A DNA stretch of 62,610 nt, the filler included, from Globobulimina sp. (lineage: Eukaryota): assembly GCA_003354225.1 (NCBI GenBank). It is 31 parts of 31 records of this genome, joined end to end, with 100 filler letters (N's around TTAATTAATTAA, not from the genome) between each part and the next. Parts side by side here need not be neighbours in the genome. Positions count along the whole stretch, not along the records: positions 12,145 to 14,068 come from PIVH01010549.1; positions 14,169 to 16,092 come from PIVH01010550.1; positions 16,193 to 18,116 come from PIVH01010551.1; positions 18,217 to 20,140 come from PIVH01010552.1; positions 20,241 to 22,164 come from PIVH01010553.1; positions 22,265 to 24,187 come from PIVH01010554.1; positions 24,288 to 26,210 come from PIVH01010555.1; 24 more parts are not named here. One strand, given 5' to 3'. Positions 12,146 to 25,367 of this stretch are shown here, in pieces; the stretch's first letter is position 1, and each line of letters starts with the position of its first letter. The translations under genes were made by a program, and so were the position numbers. The notes beneath the pieces were generated by a model. The model searched no databases, was not told the origin of the DNA, and worked only from the letters and a program-made list of their open reading frames with translations.

Positions 12146-14068
12146 TCATTTTTGAAAAAATATCCATTATTACGTCCAAATGATACATATTTCCGTACCT
12201 TATATTTATTACGTTGGCTATGTAGAATACCGAACGATTTCAAGCAAGAATATATCATCACATATTTATTAGATATAATAACATTAAATTTTACTCATAT
12301 ATTAACAAATGATGCATCAGAAACTGTCTTAACTCTGTATTCATTGATTGGTTTTCTTGGCGGTTCATCCATATCAATTTGCGATAATCAAACAGGAAAT
12401 ATATCCATCAATACCTATAAATTAATGCAACGCATTCCAGACAGTTTAAGAGATGGTTTAAGCAAAAATTTGAATCAAATTATTAAAAATTTGGGTATTC
12501 AAAAACTAGCAATAATTATCTCAAACATGTTCCTATGGCCTCAAACAGATGGAATCTATGAGTGGATATTGGATATACTACAATATTTGGAGAAAAATGC
12601 ATATTTTTCAGTACTAACTCATCTCGCAGTGGTTTATGCAAATAGAATTGTATCGCAATTAAAAGATGTCAATGACAAAAACAATTTAAATGGAGCATTG
12701 ATTATAACAAAATATTTATTGTACGGGCTGCGTAGTACAAGTCAAGCATTTCATAATGTACTACCTTCGTTATGTACGGCTATTAAAACACTTCAATTAT
12801 TACAAAATGATACGTTTTTTTATGGCAAGTTACATGACATTGTTGAATTATGTCGTGTTATGTTATTTATATGGCCTGGGCATCCATCCATATATTTTAA
12901 TATATCGCAGATATTACATAATAAGTTTGAGGAAATCAGCGAACACAGAATCCGTGCTGTTTTAAGTAAATATCAATGGAAAGCAAACATGGCCAATATG
13001 GGTAAAACGGATAGCGTTGATAGCAAATTAAGAACAGGGAATAACTCGTATGATTTATCAGCCTCATCGTCATATTTATCGTTTCGAATGAGACCGTCAA
13101 AAAGAAATACATTGACTGACAAAGCAGGATTAACCAATCTTGGAGCAACTTGTTATATGAATAGCATTGTCCAAGCATTGTATTTATCGGACGAGTTTAG
13201 AAAACATTTATTAACTTTAAAAGCTTTGGATTATGCCAGAAATGATAAAAATAATAATGTATTGGTAGTAAATAAGGATAAATGGCGTAAAATGAAAGAA
13301 ATTACAGGTGAATTACAACATATTTTTGGTCATTTAAAATTTACAAAACGAGAAGCAGTGTCCACTCGAAAGTTTGTTAAGTTATTGCCATCGCCATGGA
13401 CAGCAGGAAGACAACAGGATGCGAGTGAATTTTGCAAATTTTTATTAGATTGTATTTGGGAAACAATTAAACATTCCACTTCGACCGGTATAAATAGCAC
13501 AATTGACCCATTTTTTGGTGGATTGGAAAGGAATAACATTAAATGTAATAAATGCAATAATATATCATCCAAATTGGAATCATTTACAGAAATTGCGTTA
13601 TCAATGACATGTACAGAGAATAATGAATTATGTACATTGAAATTGATGGATGAACATTTTGGTATTGAAATATTAAAAGATGAAAATAAATATTTTTGTA
13701 GTAACTGTAATGAGAAAGTGGAAGCAGAGAGATATACAGAAATTGTTAAGCCACCAAAACATTTAATTATTTGTTTTAAGAGATTTTCATGGAATTATGA
13801 AACAATGAAAAGAATTAAAAAAAATGATGTTTGTTACGTGTATATTTGTTATGTTTATTTTTGTTTTACCGTTTTTTAATACATATAAGTGGGTAAATTG
13901 TCCGTTGACATTGGATTTACCGATAAATGAGAACAATGATATGGATAAAAAAGAAGATAATGATGATATGGATATTGATTCTGATTCTGATGATAATGGA
14001 GATAAGTCAGTAAAATATTTATTATATTCAGTAGTTATTCATTCCGGAAAATCAGCGGAATTTGGTCA
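12146..14068 (+). CDS. Ubiquitin-specific protease (USP35/38-like), partial; intron 13829-13889
   Basis: Cys box GLTNLGATCYMNSIVQALY, QQDASEF, start of His box YSVVIHSGKSAEFGH; helical N-terminal region. Confidence 0.9.
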
Positions 14069-14384
14069 NNNNNNNNNNNNNNNNNNNNNNNNNNNNNNNN
14101 NNNNNNNNNNNNTTAATTAATTAANNNNNNNNNNNNNNNNNNNNNNNNNNNNNNNNNNNNNNNNNNNNGCTCTTGCGTCCAGCAAAGAAGACATAAAAAA
14201 AAACTGCTTGGCGTATCTTCTTTTATACAAAGCACTTCGGGCTGTGGTCAGAACTTGCCGTGCGTCCAAGAACGTGGATTCTCTCTTGGCCACGGTAATC
14301 TTTGAGCGCTTCGCATGACGGCGATGCGAAAGCGGGAAGACATGAACCGGCATTTTTTGAAGTCAATCAGCGGGAAACGATTTT

Positions 14385-14837
14385 CGGAGAGTTGAAATAG
14401 ATACGCAAGGAACGTATCACTTTATGAGTCCATCGGCTATTGGTGGCTCAAAAAGGAACGCATTTTTTGATGATATATGGTCGTTAGGCATTGTTTTATA
14501 TTCATTTATATTTGCTACGGTTCCTTATTTTCATCCTGCGGATTATCAACTTTTTGAAAGCATACAAAATGATGAACTAATAATGCCGGATAATAATGTA
14601 TTGTCAGCCTCTGATGCCGTTCGGGATTTAATTCGGAAATTGTTGATTAAAAAGGACGAGGAAAGAATTACTTTATCCGATGTTGAGACACATGAATGGT
14701 ATATGGATAATAATTATGTCCATCCACAATATGTGTTACCCTACGATGTGGCTGATTATGTTGGTGATGCGGATAATATTAATTCAAATATGCATCGCAA
14801 TGGAAATAACAAGGATCTTTGTTGTAATGTGCTCTAA
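14385..14837 (+). CDS. Ser/Thr kinase C-lobe fragment (CAMKK-like)
   Basis: DTQGTYHFMSP, DIWSLGIVLY, DLIRKLLIKKDEERITL..HEW. Confidence 0.75.
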   Translation, partial: RRVEIDTQGTYHFMSPSAIGGSKRNAFFDDIWSLGIVLYSFIFATVPYFHPADYQLFESIQNDELIMPDNNVLSASDAVRDLIRKLLIKKDEERITLSDVETHEWYMDNNYVHPQYVLPYDVADYVGDADNINSNMHRNGNNKDLCCNVL

Positions 14838-14943
14838 TTTTTGTTGAATTTTGCGTTTGTATCCTTGCACAATTTTCGTTTGTGTTGTCAGTTGTGGTAT
14901 ATTTAAGTTTAGAAAACGCCCCCTATTGTTTTAACCTTAAAAA

Positions 14944-16092
14944 ATGGGCAAGTTTGTCTTAATGAGAGTACATGCAATTATATGCATTTTCTGCGCAGTA
15001 ATATCGGCAGCACAGCCAATTGGTCAAAATCCATCGATTGTTTATGCACCATTTACCGCAAACCCTTTCATGATATTTAATGGTGCACAAGGATTGCAAT
15101 CAATTTATTGTCAAGATTATAAATGTGATCATGAAAAGCGCCAATTGATAAAAAATAATTCCAAACTATCTGCATCATCATTAGTAGCAATTAATTATAA
15201 ATCAACAACCCAAAATTGTTCAAAAATTATCGACGACAAAGTATATTATTGTTCATATTACATAGTTGTTGGATATGATACTTTAAATCAAAATCCAAGC
15301 ACAAATCGTGTATCGTTTATTATTTGTTATGATACTGAATGTAATTCAGATCATATGGATGAAATTATAATTGATACATGGACAGATAATTCACATTTAT
15401 TTGGTTACTCCATATCATTAACAACATACTTTAATAATGAATCGAAAAACGTATATCCAATGTTTACGTACTCAAAATATAATAATAAATTAAAACAATA
15501 TATTTTGAATACTATCATTTGTGAGGATTTCTTTTGCCATTCATTCATTGGGAAAGCAGAATCTCCGCCGTATGTGATATTGGGATTAAACTCCAAAGGA
15601 AGGGTATCAATACAAGAGACATGGTATGAAAAAGAGAATTATTTATCGGTTATGTTTGCAACGAATGAATTGCGAATTGGTTCCTGTTCATTAACAAATA
15701 TTTGTCGTAATTTAATTGAGAAAGAGTTAGAATGTGAATCAATTGCAATGTCCACTGATGGCGAGTTAAAGATTGATGATATAACAATGGTTGAATATTC
15801 ATTAGCGAGCAGCAAACCAAATGTACCAATTATGATTGCCTCATACATTATTAATAATAATTTAAATCATAATGAATTATGGATAATGTATTGTTTTAAC
15901 GTATTTTGTAATTCAATCAATATGCTATCGTATAAAGTATGGACATCGCAAGTCATTGATTATCCAGTCATTAGTATTCATTCTCAATATTTTAATCCAT
16001 CCATTGCATTTTTTGTTAATTCACATGCTTTAAATATAATGTCATGTGAATATCAACCAACACCATGGAATTGTACCATTTATGAGTATAAC
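14944..16092 (+). CDS. Secreted Cys-motif repeat protein (3' truncated)
   Basis: N-terminal signal peptide; recurring hydrophobic-C-x(4-5)-C motifs. Confidence 0.65.
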
Positions 16093-16192
16093 NNNNNNNN
16101 NNNNNNNNNNNNNNNNNNNNNNNNNNNNNNNNNNNNTTAATTAATTAANNNNNNNNNNNNNNNNNNNNNNNNNNNNNNNNNNNNNNNNNNNN

Positions 16193-18116
16193 CACATTGC
16201 ATCGTGTCGCATCCTTTGGTGCATTTACCATCGCCAAACAACCGCGGCGGACAAAAATGGGAAGCTGAAAATGGACATAATTGTAAACATGTTTCATTTA
16301 TAAAATTCTGCAATTTTGAAGGTAATAACTCACTTTCTTGACAAATTGGATTCGATGTCAACCAGTAATCAGTAAAATTATTAAATTTAAAATTATCCTC
16401 AAACCATACATCCAAATGCATTGAATCATTAATTGATATATTATTATAATCCAATAAATTATAAAAATCAATACTTGCAACAAATAAACTTAACTCTAAT
16501 AAGTTGGGCAAATTGAATATTGACAACGGTATTTGTGTTAATCCAGTCACGTCAAACCATATTGCTTTCAATTGAGTCAATTTAGACACACAATGCGGCA
16601 ATGCTTGAATATCTGTTTCAAACTGAACCTGTAAAACCTGCAATTGACTCAACTCACAAATACTATCCGGTAAAGCATTTAAACCATTCCTTTCGAATAA
16701 TAAATATTGAACAGACTCTAAACCGCCAAAATCCGATGGCAATTTTTGCATAAACGAAGTGCTAACAAATGCTAAATATTGCAACTCAGTCCACGCCGAT
16801 ATGCCATCGCCAAGAGACCAAACATCCACATCTCTCCAATCAAATGCTTTCATGTGAATTGATTTGTACATTGACGATGCAAATATAAAGCCATCAGCAT
16901 TAATATCAAGATCAATATCGCCGAATGTATGGAATTTCTCCAACATATACCAGTGATTTAAGGCACCTTTCAATATCATATCTTGTGTGAGATTAAAATA
17001 CCTTCTTCTTTCGCTCTCTTTTGATTCTAAATCGTTCCAATCAACCACAAATATTCGGCACTGGCATTTAAATTCATCATCGTTCACAAATGGATACACT
17101 TTATACAAACATGCATCCCATAGATATAGTTCACCATTTTGTGAAAATACCGTCCTTTCCGCGTCGGATAAACTTAAATCACTCTCAAACAGCGCATCAT
17201 TGCCAAAATATTTCTGCTCAGTTATAGAATGGCAATATTCTGAGGACGATTGGAAGTGATTGAGGGTTAATATCAATACCATCGATCCAAACACAATAAA
17301 AAAAAAGGACACGCATAAAACCCAGATTTGGTTAAATATTTTGATTCTGCTCGGTTCATTTTTCTCTTTAATATCGTGGTAAATCCAGCTCTTTGCCTTA
17401 TTCTTTTCATTGGCCGCAATGGATTCGGCTGCATTCAAACTGTATCCCAGGGATTTAAAGCTGAAGAAGAAGAATAATTATTTAATATTTACTAACTTTT
17501 TATGTAACAAAACTGTTGCACTGCGACACTGCATTCATTTTCTGTGCGAGTCTTCCATTTTGAAAAGTACTTATTCTGCATTTCCTGTCTTACCGTTATA
17601 CTTATTACAAAGCACTTGTTGCCTAAAAATAGCAATGGTACAAATGTCGAAACAAACAACAATTGCGAATTGATTTGCGGCGTATAAAAAATGTCAGAAA
17701 TCTCGTTATAATCGTCCATAAAAGCAATGTAAAATGGAAATAAGGCATAGCAAAAATCACTAACTATATCCACAAAGAATATGGCTCGATTGAATAATTT
17801 ACCAAAGCAACAATTGGGACACGATGCGTATAACAACCATAAAAAACCCGATCCGATATAATTGAAAGCTAAAATACTGGCAAATATCAGAATAAATTGC
17901 GGCCGATTGGCTAAGTACACATCATTTTGATTGTTGGGGTCAAATACATGATATCCATTATACAGCAATAGAGCTGATGATTGGACGATAAATTCTGCAA
18001 ATTCTGCCACTAATTTAATCATTATCCATCCTGTTGTATCATTATGGAAGTAATTAGTATACAATGCATCGCAACAAATGCTGCGGGTTTGAGCTGAAGT
18101 ATAATTTGCATATTCA
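16193..18116 (-). CDS. Multi-TM protein with LRRs and an LNR/Notch-like Cys repeat (partial; intron about 17450-17510)
   Basis: TM segments in ORF 17492-18064; LRRs LPSDFGGLESVQYL, LPDSICELSQLQVL, IPLSIFNLPNLLEL; CPPRLFGDGKCTKGCDTMQC. Confidence 0.75.
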
Positions 18117-18266
18117 NNNNNNNNNNNNNNNNNNNNNNNNNNNNNNNNNNNNNNNNNNNNTTAATTAATTAANNNNNNNNNNNNNNNNNNNNNNNNNNNN
18201 NNNNNNNNNNNNNNNNACGAAACGTTTTTGTTTATTTATAAAAATGTTTGACCTTTTTAGTTATGA

Positions 18267-19099
18267 GTGGGGTCACTTATTTATTTTCAATTTGAATGGA
18301 ACTCGAACACATTTATTAAGAACGTATCTGGACAATCTGTCACAAAATTAGTGTTGGAAAGTGGTGCTATTGTTGTTTATGAGGAGAAGTTTAAAGGAGT
18401 TCCTGGTTTTGATGCTGTTGAGCTATGGCGGAGTAATGATGCAAATGATGATGTAACTCCACTCATTTTAAGGTGTGGTTTGTATTGCAGCTAATTATAT
18501 GTTTTGTGTTTCATATTGATATTGAATTTAGATTAACGAATGAAGCGTGTTTAGTTTTGAATAAATATGGACAAAAAATGAATGTAAATACAGCTTTTTG
18601 GTATAGATGTTTTACTTTTATGCCAGATGATGATGATAACAATGGCGAGCTGAATACAACAAAAGTAAATGACAATATAATTTCAAGCAGCACGACATTA
18701 GCACAATCTGATGAGGAGAGACTTGATTCACATTCGAATGTAAGTAATGCGAATTCATTCTGGTGGGCATGGGTATTGATGGCAGCTTTTATTTTATTAA
18801 TATTGTCAACGACATTGTTTTTTGTTGTCAGAAAACAGAATCAGAATAATAAACGTATGCTGGACCGGAATACTCGCAGTGCGGTTGTTCGATATGAATA
18901 TGAAGACACGATGGAAGGAAACGGCGCGGAAGAGATGGAAACAGAAATGCAGATTCAACAATGGTGCATGGAAACAAATGATACAGCGTTTGTTTATAGG
19001 CAAACCAGTGGTGATGTGATTGAATTGGAAAACGTTGACGGCAGTACGGATACAATAAGCGATGATGAGCAGACTATTGATATCGATGAATCTATTTAG
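18267..19099 (+). CDS. Single-pass membrane protein, C-terminal part (spliced)
   Basis: WWAWVLMAAFILLILSTTLFFVVRK TM followed by acidic tail. Confidence 0.5.
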
Positions 19100-19315
19100 A
19101 AGACATATTTTATATTTTTGATGTTGTTTTGAAATTATAATTAATTCTGCGAAAATGTATACATTATTTTCTAATGATCATTTTATACTAATTTTCGTTC
19201 TAAAAGTCATAAAAAAATAACAATGATTTTGAAAATTAGTACAAGCCAAATTGTAGAAGCTGTAGAAGTTTAAAACAGAACGTTATGTTTTGATAAATGA
19301 AGTAAGCTTTGGAAC

Positions 19316-20140
19316 TCATTGAAAATAGTAGTTCCATCCTTGAATAATATCACTTAATTTTTTCATGGTAAAATTTAATGTATTTGTTTCATGCAGTAAC
19401 ATGGCTCCATTCTCTTCATCAAAACAAACCAAACCATATTTACCACCACCACTTAATGACAAATCTATTCTCACCGCAGATATTGCAATATTTTGGATTC
19501 TTTTGTCTTTCCAATCCATTTGAAACTGCCACATAAACACAGATGATTTAAATTGCATTGAGTTTCTATTCCCATTCTTTCTCTTCGTACTATCATTTAA
19601 TCGATACGTCAAATCCATAAATAATAAATATTGCTCACTTTGTTGATGATAAAAGAAATATTTCTGCGCAATATTCATAATATACACTTTATCACTACTT
19701 AGTGTTTCTGAATATGTATCATTTAATAAATGAAACGGAATTTCAATATCTAACATTGCCGAATCACTGCAATATCTGAGTCCTAATTCACATGAATTGC
19801 TCACAAAGTCATATTTATGATATATTAAACAAACACAGCCATCATTTAATACATAGCAACATTTTGGACCAACAATTAAATCATCCGCCAGTATGAAATG
19901 ATATAATCGCTTTGTCTCAAATCCATTATTACTTAAAATATCAGCATATGAGCTATTCAATGCTCGTTTTAATACAAAATGAGTGTTTTTATGATTTCTT
20001 TGCTGCCACATATCAATGATTGGATTTTCTGAATTTGTAGCATACATTGGAGGCAATATTCTGTTCTTTGTTATTTTAGCAATTTTATGTTTTGTTGCAA
20101 GCATTGATGAAGAGGCTGAAATAATTTGTGTCTCAGCAAT
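19316..20140 (-). CDS. Hypothetical protein (partial)
   Basis: 262+ aa ORF with no recognised motif. Confidence 0.45.
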   Translation of the reverse strand: MAETQIISASSSMLATKHKIAKITKNRILPPMYATNSENPIIDMWQQRNHKNTHFVLKRALNSSYADILSNNGFETKRLYHFILADDLIVGPKCCYVLNDGCVCLIYHKYDFVSNSCELGLRYCSDSAMLDIEIPFHLLNDTYSETLSSDKVYIMNIAQKYFFYHQQSEQYLLFMDLTYRLNDSTKRKNGNRNSMQFKSSVFMWQFQMDWKDKRIQNIAISAVRIDLSLSGGGKYGLVCFDEENGAMLLHETNTLNFTMKKLSDIIQGWNYYFQ

Positions 20141-20240
20141 NNNNNNNNNNNNNNNNNNNNNNNNNNNNNNNNNNNNNNNNNNNNTTAATTAATTAANNNN
20201 NNNNNNNNNNNNNNNNNNNNNNNNNNNNNNNNNNNNNNNN

Positions 20241-21616
20241 GCAGTCTGTTTGGGTGAGGTTGCTGAAGAAAACGGCCGTTTTCTCCCGCGACGTTACAAA
20301 ATCTGACAACACAGACAATGCACCGATTGCATCGGTCTCGGATCAAACTGAAAAACTTTCCAAACACAAAGAGATAGAGTCAAAACAAACGGATGTTTAT
20401 GAAAATAAGGAAGATGAATACAAAGATAATAAATTAATGCCATCTGTTTTGATGTTACCAGACAATAATTATCAAGCTTTGATACCAATGGATGATGATT
20501 TTATTGATGAAAAAGGTATAATTTTAAATTCAAAAAAAGAATTAGAATTAAAACATAAGAATTTATTTTATTGTTCGCGTTGTAAGAAATTAATATCATT
20601 GTTGGATGACGAAAATAATGGCAAATATACACCAATAAAATGTAAACATGTCAGTTGCAAACAGTGCGCAAAAAAACATACAAAACATGAAATGGAGGTT
20701 TTGCAATTTATCCCAAGCTGTCAGGTCTGCGGCAAAAGCATTGTTGATAATGATTTGGTTAATATTTGGGGCCAAAATCAAGCAAACACGTTAATGGCTG
20801 CTTTGTTCAAGGTACCATTGGATAAATCCGAAGGTATAAATCCGCAAAGTAACGGCTTATGTGTCGGATTTATAGTTTGTGATTTATATTTATATGTGCT
20901 TTTGTTTCGGAGTTTATATGATTTGTAAATAAAACAAAAAGGAGAAATCATTGCAACTTCCACCGGCTGAGCCTGCATTGGCTGGTGCTCCACAACCAAA
21001 CATCGTTGTAGCTGGCGCAGAAAATGCAGGAAATGCAGAAAATGCAATAAATGATGCTGGAAATGTGGAATTGGAGCAAAAAGTAGTAGAGAATGAGAAT
21101 GAGAATGAGGATGGATTTGCACATTGTATGACAGAAAGTTGCCATAAAAAAGGATTATTATCGCGAGAAAAACATGAAGAGGCACGATTGGATTGTATTG
21201 GATGTGGTATATCGTGGTGTGTTCGATGCGGTGTTGCATGGCATTTGGGACAAACATGCAAACAATATGAGAATGAAGGTGTTGACGATATTGATATAAT
21301 ATATGCATTACAACAACAAGAAGCAATGCAATTTGATAATAATTATGATGATATTCTGAATGGATATTATGATAAAAATGAACAGGAATTTCAGAACTTG
21401 TATCAAGAGCAAGGATGGAAGACATGTCCAGTGTGCAATAGTGTGGTTGAAAAGGATGGTGGTTGTAATCGTATTCAATGTGCTCAGTGTACTGTGTCAT
21501 TTTGTTGGTGTTGTGTACAAATTGTCGATGAAAATGGCAATGATAAACATTATGAAATTGGAAAATGTCCATTGAATGAAGAGATTATAAATAATGACGC
21601 AGCTGGACAGAATTGA
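20241..21616 (+). CDS. RBR (RING-IBR-RING) E3 ubiquitin ligase, partial; intron about 20875-20941
   Basis: RING1 CSRC...CKHVSCKQC...CQVC; IBR CIGCGISWCVRCGVAWHLGQTC; RING2 CPVCNSVVEKDGGCNRIQCAQCTVSFCWCC. Confidence 0.88.
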
Positions 21617-21722
21617 ATTATTTTATAGTTTTTGTGTTGAGTTTTGTGTTCTTGTTCGAATTCGGTTTTATAAGTATTACTAGTATTCGTACAACGAGAA
21701 TTGCGAAAAACTTTCTAAATAT

Positions 21723-22164
21723 TTGCAAGTGATGTCGATAAAAATGTGGATTTGTCGGATGTGTTTAATGTTCATGGTTGAAATTGCAAATAGTTCAAAT
21801 CAACTGTTGCCATTTATTGATGGTGTTTTAAGGAGAGTGGGAATAAAGGAAAATAGAACAATCTCATTCGATTTAATTGATAGAATCAATGATTATTATT
21901 ATAACGATTCAATAACACGTTATTGTTATAATACATATGATTCGAATTCCATAGGAAATGATTGTTTTGTATGTATCAGTTTATTCGATGGAGATAGGCA
22001 AGATATTGAATCATTGAATGGGGCTTGTTTTGATGATTCAGAATATTCAAAAAATATTGTTTTTATTTGCTTGCCAAACTTAACACAAATTGATTGCACA
22101 AAAACAAGATTTCCAAAAGAAATTGCAAAATTAGAAATTATTTATTTGCCCAATCTGAAAATAA
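21723..22164 (+). CDS. Putative secreted/LRR-like protein N-terminus (truncated)
   Basis: Signal-like start, LPNLTQID and LPNLKI repeats. Confidence 0.4.
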
Positions 22165-22345
22165 NNNNNNNNNNNNNNNNNNNNNNNNNNNNNNNNNNNN
22201 NNNNNNNNTTAATTAATTAANNNNNNNNNNNNNNNNNNNNNNNNNNNNNNNNNNNNNNNNNNNNGGGTCAAAATACCAAGTAAACATCTATTAAATGACA
22301 AGTCTCTATTTTATGGAAACATACAAATAAACAATTAATATACAG

Positions 22346-24187
22346 AGGGTGTAGAAGGAACAGTTCGTTATGTTGGGAAAGTTACCTTTTCCACAGGAAC
22401 ACATTTAGGCGTTGAACTCGATGAATCAGGTACGTACATAACACCATACATCACTACCTAACCAGGTGCTTTTTATCCATTCATTTGAACCAATTCGATG
22501 AAAAGCACCACACCAAAGCACTACGCATCTATAATATATTACATACCATACCATACACAGCCGGCGATAACAATGGCAGAAAAAAGGTCCAATCCGCCAT
22601 ATATTAAACACACATTATATGAAACCAACAACCAATACATATCTGATACACACAAAAAGGGCAAAACCTATTTTAACTGCAAGCGAAAACACGGCGTCAT
22701 CGAGAAAACAGCCTATTTCACAGCAATTAAAAGCAGGAGATCCAGTAAACGCAAATCCATATCTTCGCGAAGCAAAAAAAGTGGCAAATCCTCCAAACCG
22801 CCAAGCAATCTCAGTGCCATTACAGACGACCCCGAAGAAAAAGAGAGCGGCAAAAAGAGCAAAAAAGGCAAAAAAGCGTCACCCATACCATCAGCGCCAA
22901 AGATAACCACTCAAACCAAAGCTATCCAAACCGAAGCACCAAAGGAGATGTTGGCTTATGTCGGTATGTCCAGTCCAATACACATCGCAAAATCGCAAAA
23001 ACACAGCACATGGCACTAACATATAGAGAGCGAATATTATTGCAAGATCATAACCCGTTTATACACGGAGGAGAATGAGAAATTACGCAAACAGCGCGAT
23101 GGCGCCATATCACAGACAATATCATTGCAGCAACGCACAGATGCGGCAGAAGCGCGTGCAAAACAGTTGGAATATGAGATCAAACAACAAAATGTAGAGT
23201 TGGATCCGTTGCGCGTCGACTTGGAGTTTAAGCAGGTTGAGATCGAAGAGTTGAACATCAAATTAGAGATTGCCAACATGGAGATTGAGGAATTGAATGA
23301 TAAGTTTGAAGAGTCGTTGGAACAGTATGTGAGGACTGTGGCTGACGACGATAAGCAGCACGCGGAGCTTGTTGCCATGAACGAAGAGTTGCAGCAACAG
23401 TTAACTATGTTGGTCAAAGTCGGACAAGAATTGTTTGACAGTAAGGACAAACATATTAATCGGCTGGCCACGGAGTCGGATTATGTGGATAGTTTATCTG
23501 CGAGGTATGTTGACGGAACACGTAGGGAAATATATTAATATAAGCCAAAGGGTGCCATGCTTGAAGTTACTGAGTCTTCACTGAAAAAAAAACGTTTGCG
23601 TGCATGGCAAAATCATGCTTCCCAGTCTGATAGACCTAAAAAATACTAATTTTATGTTAATAATGATAGATTGAAGGATTTGCTATCCGTAGAACAGGAA
23701 GTATTGGGCTTAAAGACCGAAGTCCACCAACTCCGCGACAAATGCGCAGTGTTGGAAGATGCCGACCGAATGTGTCAGACCTTAACAGAATACAACAACT
23801 CATTGGAAGGTGAGCTAACTGATTGGCGGGAATGGGTCCTTGACGTCGAAGCCGAGCGCACAATATTGGAAGAATTGCATGACAATGACGACCTACACAT
23901 AAACGAATTGATCAAAGAGAAGAAGGATTTAAATGTGCAATTATTTGAGTTGGATAAGGAAAATAAACAATTAACCATCGAAAAACATGATTTGCAAAAG
24001 GAAATCTTCGAATTACGCAATAAAATGGATCGACAGGACATCTCTGCGGCGAATCAGTTTCAAAAATATAATTTTGCCCCGACCAATGACAACGACTCCG
24101 GCAACGCTTCCAATCCAACCGATGACTATGCGGCAATCGACGCAGTTCCATCCAATCCGACTGACACCACAGACGGCGACACCACCG
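22346..24187 (+). CDS. CAP-Gly domain coiled-coil protein (multi-exon, partial)
   Basis: Exons 22346-22429, 22561-22586 and 22660 onward splice to GTVRYVGKVTFSTGTHLGVELDESAGDNNGRKKGKTYFNCKRKHGV; later exons are coiled coil. Confidence 0.85.
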
Positions 24188-24287
24188 NNNNNNNNNNNNN
24201 NNNNNNNNNNNNNNNNNNNNNNNNNNNNNNNTTAATTAATTAANNNNNNNNNNNNNNNNNNNNNNNNNNNNNNNNNNNNNNNNNNNN

Positions 24288-25166
24288 TGGAGCTGATGAT
24301 TCTATGCAGTATTTCTATAATGGTGAGTTGGCAGAAATGATTGTAAATGCTACAAATAGGCACTTTAATGTTTGGCAATATGATAATCAACAGTTAACAG
24401 ACCAGGTACAGGTACATGGCATTGTTGTCGTGAAATGTATACATATGAAATATGCAAAATGTTCCTAAATGAGTACATTTTTCAACGTATATCTGATACT
24501 TTTTGCAGATTTTTATTTAGATACATTTACTGCAAAAACGTTTGTAAAATATAGGTGTGATGCGTATTGACGATATAAATGGATACAAATCGGTATTTAG
24601 AGAAGTTATAAAAAGTGATTTTGGTGACAGCGCAGATGCAGAATATACAATGTATGGAATGAATATGCCTTCGTCAGGTAGCGCGAGCGTACAATATTTA
24701 ATGAATTTAATGTATGCTTTGCTCAACAAAGCTGAATTAAGCCACTTAAATGGAACAGATATACTGACTCAAAACATATCATTTGCAGACAATATCCATT
24801 ACATTCTCACCGCAAATAACATTGCTTTCAGTGACAGGAATCAATACATGGCTGACCCTGATTTTGTGGATGTTCCAGTGCACGGCTTGTTAGATTTTGA
24901 TTACATTTATAACGAACGATCGAATTTGTTTGATGCGCATATGGTTGAAACACCGATCCCATTCGGCATACCGCCAAATGTCACCACTCAGCCTCAAACA
25001 CCAATGGTTGGCGTGGAACATGGAACTAGTCATTTTTTTGTGGTGGACCAATGGAACAACATAGCCACTGTAACCACCACCATTGAGGGTGGCTGGGGAT
25101 CATGTATTGTCGTACCAGAATATGGCTTTTTGTTAAATAACGAGCTCACTGATTTTGACGCTTTAG
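24288..25166 (+). CDS. GGT: Gamma-glutamyltranspeptidase, internal exons
   Basis: FYNGELA, MPSSG, AFSDRNQYMADPDF, autoprocessing HGTSHFFVVD, TTTIE, GFLLNNELTDFD. Confidence 0.9.
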
Positions 25167-25337
25167 GTATGTTCATATGTTCATTGTTTTTGTTGTTATG
25201 TATATACAAATTGTCCAATTGCAAGGTGTAACTTTTGATAACGTTTTGTTGAGCAAAAAAACAGTTTTTTCGTTTCTCACACACGAATTTTTGTATACAT
25301 TTTGAGAGTTAAATTAAAATAATTCTAAAACTTTATT

Positions 25338-25367
25338 CAAACTCAAACTCAAACTCAAACTCAAACT
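25338..25367 (+). repeat. (CAAACT)n microsatellite
   Basis: About five tandem hexamer units. Confidence 0.8.
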
